Shown here: in pieces, positions 1 to 9,092 of the stretch | How positions within the stretch are numbered: position 1 is the stretch's first letter | How the letters are laid out: each line of letters opens with the position of its first letter | Source of the DNA: an uncultured Clostridia bacterium | GTDB taxonomy: Bacteria; Bacillota; Clostridia; TANB77; CAG-508 | Direction of reading: 5' to 3' | Assembly (NCBI GenBank): GCA_934162255.1 | Contig: CAKPIG010000005.1 | Span: 18,480 to 82,479, forward strand | Length of the DNA stretch: 64,000 bases | The notes under the pieces: model-generated | Told to the model about the DNA's origin: nothing | Databases searched by the model: none | What the model saw: the letters and a program-made list of their open reading frames with translations, nothing else | Made by a program: the position numbers and the translations under genes

Positions 1-36
1 TATATTTATAATACTTTTTATGAAAGGATGATTTAT

Positions 37-642
37 ATGTTAGCTTATATAAAAGGCTCTTTGGAGATGAAGTTTAAAGATTATATCGTAATTGATGTTT
101 GTGGACTTGGTTACAAAGTTTTTATGGGTGAAAATTCTATAAATTCTATTGGAGATATTGGAGATATTGTTAAAGTTTATACATATTACAGAGTTAGAGA
201 GGATGATATTAGTATTTTTGGTTTTAAGACTCAAGAGGAGTTAAAAACTTTTGAATTACTTTTATCTGTTAGTGGTGTTGGTGCAAAAAGTGCTTTGGTA
301 ATGCTTTCTTGCATTGAGCCATCTGATTTTGCATTAGCAGTAATTTCTAATGATGTGAAATTATTAACTCAAGTTCCTGGTATAGGTAATAAGTCTGCCC
401 AAAGAATTATTTTGGAATTAAAAGATAAGTTAAAATCTGAACAGTTAGAAGATGAAGCAAAATCCAAATTGACAAAAGCTAAGGCTTCTAATAATGAAAA
501 TATTCAAGAAGCAATTTCTGGTTTGATGGTTCTTGGTTTTGCAAAAAAAGATATTGAAAAAGCTTTTGAACATCTTGATGTTGATAATTTATCTTTAGAG
601 GATTTAATAAAGAAAGGATTAATTTTATTAACAAAAAAATAG
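37..642 (+). CDS. ruvA: Holliday junction branch-migration protein RuvA
   Basis: Track ORF 28..642. The N-terminus MLAYIKG and the helix-hairpin-helix motifs (SGVGAKSAL, VPGIGNKSAQRI) are RuvA-typical. I prefer the ATG at 37 (AAAGGA 9 nt upstream) to the track start at 28. Confidence 0.9.
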   Translation: MLAYIKGSLEMKFKDYIVIDVCGLGYKVFMGENSINSIGDIGDIVKVYTYYRVREDDISIFGFKTQEELKTFELLLSVSGVGAKSALVMLSCIEPSDFALAVISNDVKLLTQVPGIGNKSAQRIILELKDKLKSEQLEDEAKSKLTKAKASNNENIQEAISGLMVLGFAKKDIEKAFEHLDVDNLSLEDLIKKGLILLTKK

Positions 643-672
643 AGCTTTGCCTGCAAGGCTGCTCTATTTTTT
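640..672. terminator. Bidirectional intrinsic terminator between convergent ruvA and the membrane ORF
   Basis: Hairpin TAGAGC/GCTCTA with an inner GCCT-GCA-AGGC, preceded by A7 (633..639) and followed by T6 (667..672). It spans both stop codons (640..642 and 664..666). Confidence 0.75.
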
Positions 673-1182
673 CTTTTTATTTTGTCTATCTGGTAAAATT
701 TTTCCCACAAAATGTACTATTTTAGTAGATTCTTTATTTGCAACTTCTTTTCCAAGTGCTTTACCTCCAACTGTTAATGAGGCTACGATTGCACTTATTA
801 CAAATTGAAAATTTGCTCCTGTCTTTTCTGCAATTTTTGCAGCAATCATTGCACTAATCGCTCCACTAAGTACTCCACAAATGTCTCCTATTACATCAGC
901 ACATATATTAGCTACTTTTGCTGAATTTTTTATTAATTTTATTGATGTTTTTGCTCCATTTGCTTTTTTAGTAGCTTTTGCATGAAATTCTTCTTCATTT
1001 GCTACTGTTACAGCAACTCCTATTATATCAAATACAATTCCTACTAATATTACAAATATTAATATTAGTATTGAGAAAAATAAGTTTAAATTTGTTATTC
1101 CATTTGTTGATATGTATGAAAAACATATTGATAGTACAAATGTTAGTATAAATACTTCAATAAACCATTTTGTTTTTTCCAT
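664..1182 (-). CDS. Small four-TM membrane protein, OapA-like candidate (function unverified)
   Basis: 172 aa, with ATG at 1182 and AAAGGAG 14 nt upstream. It has four hydrophobic helices, a Lys-rich loop (KATKKANGAKTSIKLIKNSAK) between TM2 and TM3, and ADVIGD in TM3. It lies directly downstream of the large structured RNA with no terminator in between. Confidence 0.8.
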   Translation of the reverse strand: MEKTKWFIEVFILTFVLSICFSYISTNGITNLNLFFSILILIFVILVGIVFDIIGVAVTVANEEEFHAKATKKANGAKTSIKLIKNSAKVANICADVIGDICGVLSGAISAMIAAKIAEKTGANFQFVISAIVASLTVGGKALGKEVANKESTKIVHFVGKILPDRQNKKKK

Positions 1183-1210
1183 TTTGTCTTGTTGTTCTCC
1201 TTTATTTTTT

Positions 1211-1743
1211 GCTAGATGGTGAAATCTAAGTAAATTTTACGGTTTAGGTCTAGTTGAATTTCTCTATCCTTTACTATACATTACTGCATAGCTGTTTCCA
1301 TTTAAAAGAACATCTATATATTTCATTAGACACTAGATCGCCACTTAAATCCGTACCTTAATCCTTAGATTTCTATGTTCCTCTAGGAACAAACACTCTA
1401 GAAGTTTTCCTTAACATACTATATTTATTGTTAGTCTTTTTTGCAAGTGCAATTTCATAACTGATATAATGCTAATCCCAGTACATTCACTCAAGACAGG
1501 CTACAATATGTATTTTGTGTCTTGGCACTCAACATAGGTTTTACTTAAACAAGGTTGTTTTAAGCCTCCACGAGAAGAGGGAGTTTTGCATATGCCATTA
1601 TACAGTTCCCCAGTCTCTTTACTCCCTGCTCACACACAAAACTGGCATTTCGCGCACAAACAAGAAACTTCATCGGTATGCCCTTTAGTGGATTTTTAGC
1701 CCCACCCTCACAATAACTAGTATGACTAGAATAGTGCACCATC
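1211..1743 (-). ncRNA. Large (about 530 nt) structured non-coding RNA, possibly OLE-class (class unverified)
   Basis: The 590-nt gap has no credible ORF and is visibly richer in G+C than its flanks. The 5' GAUGGUG (1743..1737) pairs with CACCAUC (1221..1215). A perfect 10-bp long-range helix joins 1364..1373 and 1221..1230. Further helices join 1578..1584 with 1621..1627 and form a hairpin at 1717..1729. A consensus-like promoter sits immediately upstream. Confidence 0.65.
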
Positions 1744-1749
1744 TTTTAT

Positions 1750-1778
1750 ATTATACTATTTTTCCTAATATTTTACAA
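1750..1778 (-). promoter_or_regulatory. Sigma-A-type promoter for the structured RNA
   Basis: On the minus strand: TTGTAA (1778..1773), a 17-nt spacer, then TATAAT (1755..1750). This puts G1743 at a typical +1 distance. The -35 overlaps the stop codon of the tmk-like gene. Confidence 0.55.
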
Positions 1779-2444
1779 GTGTTTTTTTATTTCATTATAT
1801 ATTTCTTCATGTATATCATCAATTGTTCTTATTTCTCCATCTTTTATGCAATTTACCTTATACCAATTGTAATCTTTAGCAACTTCTACAGCTGCAGTAT
1901 ATGCGTCTATTAAATGGTTTTTATCACTTTCGTGAATATCTTTTTTATCTTCATGTGTAAATTTGTTTTCTCTTTTTTCCATTAATTCAAGTGTTTTTTC
2001 AACTGGCATGTCCAAAAATATTACTTCTGTTGGAATTGGCAATTTATATAGATTGAATTCAAAATCCCACAACCAATTTAAGAATTTTTTTCTTTCTTCT
2101 TTGTCTGCAATCTTGCCAGCTTGATGTACCATGTTAGAAGTTGTGTATCTATCTGCTATTATTATTCCTCCATTTTCATAGTATTTTTTATATTCTTTTT
2201 GGAATGTTGCATATCTATCTGCTGCATAAAATGTTGATGCTATATATGGACTTATTTCCTTTGCATTTTTGCCAAATTCTCCTGATAGATACATTTTTAC
2301 AAGTGAAGAACTTGGGCTTTCATAATTCGGAAAGCTTACTGTTTTATAGTTAATTTTATTTTCATCAAATCTTTCTTTTAATTTTGCAGATTGTGTTTGT
2401 TTTCCACTTCCGTCTGTTCCGTCTATTACAAATAATTTTCCCAT
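1773..2444 (-). CDS. tmk: Thymidylate kinase family protein
   Basis: 223 aa, with P-loop DGTDGSGKQT, a DRY-type motif (ADRYTTSN) and a GGAGG RBS. Confidence 0.75.
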   Translation of the reverse strand: MGKLFVIDGTDGSGKQTQSAKLKERFDENKINYKTVSFPNYESPSSSLVKMYLSGEFGKNAKEISPYIASTFYAADRYATFQKEYKKYYENGGIIIADRYTTSNMVHQAGKIADKEERKKFLNWLWDFEFNLYKLPIPTEVIFLDMPVEKTLELMEKRENKFTHEDKKDIHESDKNHLIDAYTAAVEVAKDYNWYKVNCIKDGEIRTIDDIHEEIYNEIKKHL

Positions 2445-2503
2445 TTTTTGTACCTCCTTTACAAATTATATATATCTTTTATATTTTTGTAAAGTTTTAT
2501 GTG

Positions 2504-2552
2504 CAAAAAAAGAGAACTAGATTACTGGTTTTAAAAGCAATTAATCTAGTTC
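2504..2552 (-). terminator. Intrinsic terminator downstream of the 150-aa ORF
   Basis: Perfect 11-bp stem GAACTAGATTA / TAATCTAGTTC (2514..2524 and 2542..2552), followed on the minus strand by TCTTTTTTT. Confidence 0.7.
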
Positions 2553-2644
2553 AATAAACGGATTTATAAAACATATAAATATATGATTTATGCTGTTATT
2601 TTAGCAAAAAGATTCATAGAAGTCAATAAATTTCGACATTTTTT

Positions 2645-3097
2645 TTAAAATTTATTTTTCTTAAATAGACCTTTTATTAGGCTAAAAATTTTCTTAAGAA
2701 AACTTGGTTCTTCATACAACATTAAGTCTGTTGTTTCAGTATTATTTTCTTCTTTATTTATCTGTGCTTTTCTCTTTTCAAAAACTTCATTTATGTCATA
2801 TTGTTTCTGTAATTCTTCCTCTACTTTTCTTAGCTCTTCTGCGTCTTTTAGTTGTAGTCTTTCTTTTTCTTCAGGGCTTGCTAAGAAGTCTCTATAAATT
2901 AAACCTAATATTATTGTTGTTTCTTTTTTTAATTTTTGTTCTTCTATAGGTTCTTTTATATCTGCTTTATAGTCAGTAGCTTTATTTTCTGTTATAACAT
3001 TTCTGAATTGCACCGGTATTTTACTTAATAATTCAATTGGCATTAATTTTAATATTTCGTCAACTTCAACAAAAGCTTCCTCATATTCCCTTTTCAA
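2645..3097 (-). CDS. Hypothetical protein (charged, helical, no TM)
   Basis: 150 aa with a TTG start 7 nt after GGAGGA. It lies 17 nt downstream of the preceding ORF, so the two are probably co-transcribed. I recognise no family. Confidence 0.6.
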   Translation of the reverse strand: MKREYEEAFVEVDEILKLMPIELLSKIPVQFRNVITENKATDYKADIKEPIEEQKLKKETTIILGLIYRDFLASPEEKERLQLKDAEELRKVEEELQKQYDINEVFEKRKAQINKEENNTETTDLMLYEEPSFLKKIFSLIKGLFKKNKF

Positions 3098-3114
3098 TTA
3101 ATTTTCCTCCTATG

Positions 3115-3783
3115 TTATTCTCTTTCCATTCTTGCTAGTGGCTCTATTAGTCTCTTTTGTGTTCTTTCTTTTGGGAAGTTTTCCATCGCTTCTTTTCTAT
3201 CTTGTGCTGTATTTTTTTCAAAACATTGTTTACAAAATTCCATTTTGCTTTGAACTGAATTTTTAACCATTTCTTTTTTTTGACCTAGTTCAAAAAATAC
3301 TCCCCTTTGGTATTCTATAACTCTTTGCATAAATAGTTTTGATTCATCATATTTTTGTGTAAACATTTCTATATATCCATTTAATTTTTCTTTACATTTT
3401 TGTGCTTTTATAAAGTCTTTTCCAGCAACTGCTTTTGCCCCAGCGTCTATTGCTCCTTGACATGCTAATAGTATTTTTTCAAATGCTTGATTTCTTGTTT
3501 CTGGATTTTCTACTTTTTCTTTTTCATCTTCTAAATCATGTCCATCATATTTGGCTGAAATTTCTGCCATTAGTGGTTTTGATAATACATCTAATTCATT
3601 TTCTTCAGTTATTTTTTCCATCTCTTGTGATAATGTATTATACCTTTCTTCATCTTCTTTAGATATTTCAGAGAAATTAGGATAATATTTAATTTTTATT
3701 ATTTTCATTACTTCGGCTATTTTCTTTACATTTTCACATGCTTTTTGGTATCTTACTGCATCTTCCGTTTTTTCGTATTCCAT
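3115..3783 (-). CDS. Hypothetical protein
   Basis: The track ORF ends at 3804 (GTG). I prefer the ATG at 3783 (MEYEKTED...), 8 nt after AAAGGAG. I recognise no family. Confidence 0.6.
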   Translation of the reverse strand: MEYEKTEDAVRYQKACENVKKIAEVMKIIKIKYYPNFSEISKEDEERYNTLSQEMEKITEENELDVLSKPLMAEISAKYDGHDLEDEKEKVENPETRNQAFEKILLACQGAIDAGAKAVAGKDFIKAQKCKEKLNGYIEMFTQKYDESKLFMQRVIEYQRGVFFELGQKKEMVKNSVQSKMEFCKQCFEKNTAQDRKEAMENFPKERTQKRLIEPLARMERE

Positions 3784-4043
3784 AAATAATTCTCCTTTGT
3801 TCACTTATACATTTTTATTATAACAAACCAATTTTTTTTTGTAAATATCTTTTTCTACAATTTTTTCAAATCTTTTATGGCTGGCTCATAGATATTTTTT
3901 TCAGAAATATGAACAATTTGGCTTTATGGCATATATTCTTCCTTCTTTGTTTTTATTATTTACAATTTATGAATATTTTTTCATTTTTTATAGAAAAATA
4001 TATTATAAAGTGATATACTACATTTGTTTTAGGAGGGAAAATT

Positions 4044-5441
4044 ATGGAAGAAAATTTAAAAGAAAAACTTTTTAATGAAAAAAAAGTTGGTTGGGAAAAA
4101 TTAAGTGACATTGAAAAAGATCTTATTTTCTCTTTTTCTAATGGGTACATTAATTTTTTAAACAAGTCAAAAATTGAAAGAGAAGCAGTTATTACTGCTA
4201 GAGAACTTGCTGAGTCTCATGGTTTTAAAGATGTTATGTATTTTGAACATTTAAAACCTGGAGATAAAGTTTATTTTGTAAACAGAGATAAGAGCATATA
4301 TTTAGCTGTAATTGGTACAGAAAAATTAGAAAATGGTCTTCAAATTGTTGGAGCTCATATAGATTCTCCACGCTTAGATTTAAAACCAAATCCTTTATGT
4401 GAAGATGGTGGTTTTGCATATTTTAAAACTCATTACTATGGTGGAATAAAAAAATATCAATGGACAACAATTCCTTTGAGTCTACATGGAGTTATTGTTA
4501 AAGCTAATGGAGAGAAAATTAATGTTAATATTGGTGAAGATGAAAACGATCCAATTTTTACAATTACAGATTTACTTCCTCATTTAGCACAAGAACAAAT
4601 GGAATTAAAATTAAAAAATGGTATTGATGGTGAATCTTTAGCCGTATTAATTGGAAGTATTCCTTATGATGATGATAAAATTTCTGAAAAAATCAAATTA
4701 AATATTTTAAATATTTTACATCAAAAATATGAGATTACAGAAGCTGATTTACTAAGTTCAGAAATTGAAGTTGTTCCTGCTTTCAAGGCTCGTTCTTTAG
4801 GTTTTGATTCAAGCATGGTTGCAGCTTATGGTCAAGATGATAAGATATGTGCATATACTTCACTTGCAGCAATGATGGATTTAAAAGATGTTAAAACAAC
4901 TGCTGTTTGCATACTTTCTGATAAAGAAGAAATAGGAAGTATGGGAAATACAGGTATGGAATCACATATGTTTGATTTCTTCATTTCTGAATTGTTAAAC
5001 AAGGCTGGTGAAAATAGACCTAATTTATTAGATAAAGTATTTTGTTTCTCAAGAATGCTTTCTGCAGATGTTGATGCCGGTTTTGACCCATTATATGCAA
5101 ATGTTTCTGATAGAACAAATGCAGCATTCTTAGGACGTGGTATTGGATTAAATAAATATACTGGTGCTCGTGGAAAATCTGGTGCATCTGATGCAAATGC
5201 AGAATTTGTTGCATGGGTTAGAAATATATTTGAGAAAAATAATGTTAAATATCAAGTTTCTGAACTTGGAAAGGTTGATATTGGAGGTGGCGGAACTATT
5301 GCCTATATATTAGCAAATAAAGGTGTTGATGTAATAGACTGTGGTGTTCCTGTTCTTTCAATGCATGCTCCTTATGAAGTTACAAGTAAATACGATATAT
5401 ATACTGCTTACAGAGGATATAAAGCCTTCTGGGAAGCATAA
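4044..5441 (+). CDS. M18-family aminopeptidase (aminopeptidase 1 type)
   Basis: 465 aa with VGAHIDSPRLDLKPNPL and overall M18 aspartyl/aminopeptidase-like architecture. AGGAGG RBS. Confidence 0.8.
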   Translation: MEENLKEKLFNEKKVGWEKLSDIEKDLIFSFSNGYINFLNKSKIEREAVITARELAESHGFKDVMYFEHLKPGDKVYFVNRDKSIYLAVIGTEKLENGLQIVGAHIDSPRLDLKPNPLCEDGGFAYFKTHYYGGIKKYQWTTIPLSLHGVIVKANGEKINVNIGEDENDPIFTITDLLPHLAQEQMELKLKNGIDGESLAVLIGSIPYDDDKISEKIKLNILNILHQKYEITEADLLSSEIEVVPAFKARSLGFDSSMVAAYGQDDKICAYTSLAAMMDLKDVKTTAVCILSDKEEIGSMGNTGMESHMFDFFISELLNKAGENRPNLLDKVFCFSRMLSADVDAGFDPLYANVSDRTNAAFLGRGIGLNKYTGARGKSGASDANAEFVAWVRNIFEKNNVKYQVSELGKVDIGGGGTIAYILANKGVDVIDCGVPVLSMHAPYEVTSKYDIYTAYRGYKAFWEA

Positions 5442-5443
5442 TA

Positions 5444-5465
5444 AAAGACCTCAGAAGAGGTCTTT
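5444..5465. terminator. Bidirectional terminator hairpin
   Basis: AAAGACCTC-agaa-GAGGTCTTT lies between the convergent aminopeptidase and surface-protein genes. It is flanked by A/T runs. Confidence 0.75.
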
Positions 5466-7992
5466 ATTTATTCGTAAATCCTGTTGCTTTACATCCGTTA
5501 AACATTCCTGTTGTTGTAGCTTTAGTTGACCAATTTCCTGCTCTTCTATTTATTGTCGCTAAATTTGAACAGTTTTGAAACATATAATTCATGTTTGTTA
5601 CACTTTTTGTATTCCAACAACTACTATCAAAATCATTATAACAATTTAAACTTGTTAAGCTAGAACATCCACTAAACATTTCTTGCATATTTGTTACTTT
5701 ATTTGTTTTGAATGCTTTTATATTTGTAGGTGTTGTTAGTTTTGAGCATCCTCTAAACATTGCCTGCATCCAAATTGCATTACTTGTATTAAAATTACTC
5801 AAGTTAATTGTTGTAAGTCTTGAACATCCATCAAACATCATTTCAAAATATTGAACATTTGATGTGCTTGAAAATCTTGTAATAAAGTTTAAGCTTGTTA
5901 AACTTGAACAATTTTGGAACATTCCTCTCATTTGTGTTACTGAATTTGTATTTAATGTTGCTGAATCATATGCAATATTATTTAACTTTCCGCATCCTGC
6001 AAAAACATATGTCATATACTTAAGTTTACTGCTTGTTATAGCTGGAATTTGAGCAGTTGTTAATGATGAACAGCCATAGTACATATATCCTATACTTTCA
6101 ACATTTTTTGTATCTATTGATGTTCTTATTGTCGTACTTACATTTGTTAAGTTTGTGCAATTATAAAACCACATTCCCATACTATCCGGTATTATTGTAT
6201 TTATTACTTGTGTACTTTTTACGCTTAAAGCATATCCTAACCATGGTATATTATTTGCTGTTTGTGAATCTGCTGCTGGATGGTATTTCTGCCCTGTTAT
6301 ATTCCATGTTCCTGCTTGTACAGTTTTTCCTGCAATTGTTCCTGGAACATTGTTAAATGCAAGTGTCCCATCTGTATATAATGTTACATATATTGTATTT
6401 GGTGTTGTACATGTAATAACATCTGATGGTTCGCTATTTCCTGCTACATCATATACCATTGCATATATGTTATACGTTGTTGATGGTTTTAAATATAAGA
6501 TTCCATTTTTATTTTTAGAACTTACCCCAGCAATTGAACCATTCATATTAGTATATGTTTCATCATCACTATTATATGAACTTGCAGATACTTCTTTATA
6601 ACGCCATTCTATTCTTTGAATTCCACTTAATTCGTCTCGTGCAGTTATATTAAATGATATATTTGCTTCTGTTTCGGCTGCACTTGCAGATATTTGAGCT
6701 GTTGGCAAATCTTTGTCGATATTATTTACATTATATGTTGCATCACTTCCAACATTTCCACTCTTATCTACTAATCTTGCATATACCAATCCATTTGAAC
6801 TACGTTCCATTGTACTTATATTTTCATAGTTTATTCCATCTAAACTCATTTGTACCATATAACCACTATTTAAAATTTCTTGTTTTACTGTTGCCGTTAC
6901 TGTTACATCTTTATTTGTCCATGTAGATGGTGAACCTGAAAGTGTTATGTTTGTTTTATCTGGCACTTTTAGTGTTCTAGCTGAAACTGCCTCACTTATA
7001 TTTCCTGCAACATCTATTGCAAATATATAATATGTTGTTTCTTGTTTTAGTCTTGTTACAACATCTTTTGCTTCTTTTTGTCCTGTTACTCCTTTATTTA
7101 AAAATTCATTTGCATTTGGCATTGTTTGGCTGTCTTTAAGTATATAACTATAGATTCCACTTCCATCATCTGTTGCCTTAAATTCTATACTATCTGATTT
7201 TGTATTTAGTATTGTTACTATTGGAGCTTTTTCATCTTTCCACACAGCATATAATTCTTTGTTTTCATTTTTAGTATAATATCTACTATCTTTTTCGTTC
7301 TTATATAAAGGTTCTGTATCTGTTGCGTTTTCTGCCCAACCTTTAAATCTATACCCTTCTTTGTACATATAATCATCTATGTTAAATAATAATTCAAGTG
7401 ATTTATTGCTTTTTTTCTTGTATGTTGGTAATGCTTTCCCTGTCTTCAATGTTCCACCATTTGGATTATATGTTATATTGTATTCAAAAACAGTTTGATT
7501 TTCATCATCATTTCCTCCTGGTGTTGTTCCAGAATTTCCACCTGGATTTGTTCCTGTTGTATTATTTGCATCTATTTCGATTTCTACTAAATAACTATTA
7601 TTTGTATTAGAGAATGTAACTTTTACAATTGTATATCTAGCACTTTGAGCTTTTACTACCGTTTCTAATGTTTCTTTGTCACTGTCTGTTGCTTCTTCTA
7701 TTTTGATGTCATTTCCATTTGCATATTTTTGTAGATATACATTAAGAGATTCTTTATTCAATCCTATAGTTATTTCATCATTATATTTTACGCCTTTGTT
7801 CATTTGCATTTCAGTGTATGCTGACTTTATTACTTTGATTTCTTCATCTTTTGTAGTTGTCTCACTTGTTTTTTCTACATTATCAAAAAGCCCTCCATTT
7901 TTCGCTATAGCTATTGCTACTCCAGCTATTATTAGTATTACTATTATTGTCACTACTAATGCAATTAAAGTAATTCCTTTTTCTTTTTTCAT
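5464..7992 (-). CDS. Large surface protein with a pilin-like N-terminal anchor, a Listeria-Bacteroides-type repeat, Ig-like modules and C-terminal DUF285/BspA-like leucine-rich repeats
   Basis: 842 aa. The N-terminus MKKEKG-ITLIALVVTIIVILII resembles a prepilin leader but has Ala, not Glu, at +5. YNITYNPNGG...GYRFKGW is a Flg_new-type repeat. The C-terminus has repeated MF.GCSSLTSL / NTSNV..M..MF units. AGGAGGAAACC RBS. It starts only 23 nt downstream of nagZ. Confidence 0.8.
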   Translation of the reverse strand: MKKEKGITLIALVVTIIVILIIAGVAIAIAKNGGLFDNVEKTSETTTKDEEIKVIKSAYTEMQMNKGVKYNDEITIGLNKESLNVYLQKYANGNDIKIEEATDSDKETLETVVKAQSARYTIVKVTFSNTNNSYLVEIEIDANNTTGTNPGGNSGTTPGGNDDENQTVFEYNITYNPNGGTLKTGKALPTYKKKSNKSLELLFNIDDYMYKEGYRFKGWAENATDTEPLYKNEKDSRYYTKNENKELYAVWKDEKAPIVTILNTKSDSIEFKATDDGSGIYSYILKDSQTMPNANEFLNKGVTGQKEAKDVVTRLKQETTYYIFAIDVAGNISEAVSARTLKVPDKTNITLSGSPSTWTNKDVTVTATVKQEILNSGYMVQMSLDGINYENISTMERSSNGLVYARLVDKSGNVGSDATYNVNNIDKDLPTAQISASAAETEANISFNITARDELSGIQRIEWRYKEVSASSYNSDDETYTNMNGSIAGVSSKNKNGILYLKPSTTYNIYAMVYDVAGNSEPSDVITCTTPNTIYVTLYTDGTLAFNNVPGTIAGKTVQAGTWNITGQKYHPAADSQTANNIPWLGYALSVKSTQVINTIIPDSMGMWFYNCTNLTNVSTTIRTSIDTKNVESIGYMYYGCSSLTTAQIPAITSSKLKYMTYVFAGCGKLNNIAYDSATLNTNSVTQMRGMFQNCSSLTSLNFITRFSSTSNVQYFEMMFDGCSRLTTINLSNFNTSNAIWMQAMFRGCSKLTTPTNIKAFKTNKVTNMQEMFSGCSSLTSLNCYNDFDSSCWNTKSVTNMNYMFQNCSNLATINRRAGNWSTKATTTGMFNGCKATGFTNK

Positions 7993-8015
7993 GGTTTCCT
8001 CCTATTTCTTTTGTG

Positions 8016-9092
8016 TTATATTGATTCTTTTACTTCTTGTATTTCTCTATTTATTTCTTCTAGGTTGATTCCTTCTATTTCGTCAGTATCTGATATATTA
8101 TATTTTTGTTTCATTTTTATAATTCTCTTTACACTATTGTTTATTCTGTATTCTTTAATTTCACCTTTTTTTACAAGATTTATTATTTTATTAATCACTC
8201 TTTTTTCTTCATCTTTTCCAAATCTAAATACTATAATATCATTTCCTGCTTCAAAGGCTTTTATTACCGCCAGGTCTGCACCATATACAAATTTTATTGA
8301 TCTCATTTTTAAGTCATCAGTTACAATTAACCCATTATATCTATATTTTTTTCTTAAATATTTATATATGAATTTTCTTGATAGTGATGCTGGATATATT
8401 CTAGTTACACCTTTTACCATTAAATGCCCTACTAAAATTGCATCCGCTCCGTTTTTTATTGCTTGCTCAAATGGATACATGTCTTCTTTTTCAAGAAGTT
8501 GCATCTTTTTATTAATTATTGGTAACCAATAGTGTGAGTCTTGTTTTGTTGCACCATGACCAGGAAAATGTTTTATAACAGAAATTATTTTCTCTTTTTG
8601 CATTTCTTGCATTGTCGCTATCCCACATTTTGCAACAATTTCTTTTTCTTTTCCAAAACTTCTATCTCCTATTACTGTCTTATCTTTTGTTCTTTTTATA
8701 TCTAATACTGGTGCAAAATTCAAGTTAAAACCTGACTTTCTTAAAATTCTAGCTGTGATATTTGCTGATTTTCTTACGAGTTTTTCTCCTCCACTATTCG
8801 CTATTGAATTTGCTGCTGGCAAGTTTAATAATTCTTTTGGCATTCTATTTACTCTTCCACCTTCTTGGTCAATTGCAATAAATAGTGGTACTTTATTATT
8901 TTTGTTTAGGTCTTTTAATTCTTTTATTAGTTTTAACATATCTGCATATGTACTAAAGTTTTTTCTATATAATATTATACCACCAATTTTATATTGCTGA
9001 ATCATTGTTTTGATTCTTTCTGTTATATAGTTTGTATCCATTCCTATTATTATCATTTGGCAAACTTTTTCTTCAATCGTTAGTTCTTTCAT
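8016..9092 (-). CDS. nagZ: Beta-N-acetylhexosaminidase, glycoside hydrolase family 3
   Basis: KHFPGHGAT and VTDDLKM motifs. I prefer the ATG at 9092 (MKELTIEEK) after AAAGGGG to the track start at 9122. Confidence 0.8.
   Translation of the reverse strand: MKELTIEEKVCQMIIIGMDTNYITERIKTMIQQYKIGGIILYRKNFSTYADMLKLIKELKDLNKNNKVPLFIAIDQEGGRVNRMPKELLNLPAANSIANSGGEKLVRKSANITARILRKSGFNLNFAPVLDIKRTKDKTVIGDRSFGKEKEIVAKCGIATMQEMQKEKIISVIKHFPGHGATKQDSHYWLPIINKKMQLLEKEDMYPFEQAIKNGADAILVGHLMVKGVTRIYPASLSRKFIYKYLRKKYRYNGLIVTDDLKMRSIKFVYGADLAVIKAFEAGNDIIVFRFGKDEEKRVINKIINLVKKGEIKEYRINNSVKRIIKMKQKYNISDTDEIEGINLEEINREIQEVKESI

Noticed and set aside
37-672. ruvA is not followed by ruvB; a terminator and a convergent gene follow instead.
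   Set aside because: This is probably a simple operon split with ruvB elsewhere, and it cannot be assessed from this window. It is noted only in the feature evidence.
1211-1743. Whether the large RNA is RNase P RNA, tmRNA, SRP RNA, 6S RNA or a T-box/riboswitch leader.
   Set aside because: I could not find the RNase P signature (GAGGAAAGTCC-type), a tRNA-like end with a tag ORF (tmRNA) or an SRP domain IV motif. The length (about 530 nt) is far beyond 6S, T-box or riboswitch sizes. In Firmicutes the SRP RNA normally lies upstream of dnaX, which would be beyond the right edge of this window.
1560-1913. ORFs 1560..1742 (minus, 60 aa) and 1722..1913 (plus, 63 aa) inside or next to the structured-RNA region.
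   Set aside because: They have no Shine-Dalgarno sequence and odd composition. The first lies wholly within the region that shows long-range RNA pairing, and the second is antisense to the end of tmk. I treat both as non-coding.
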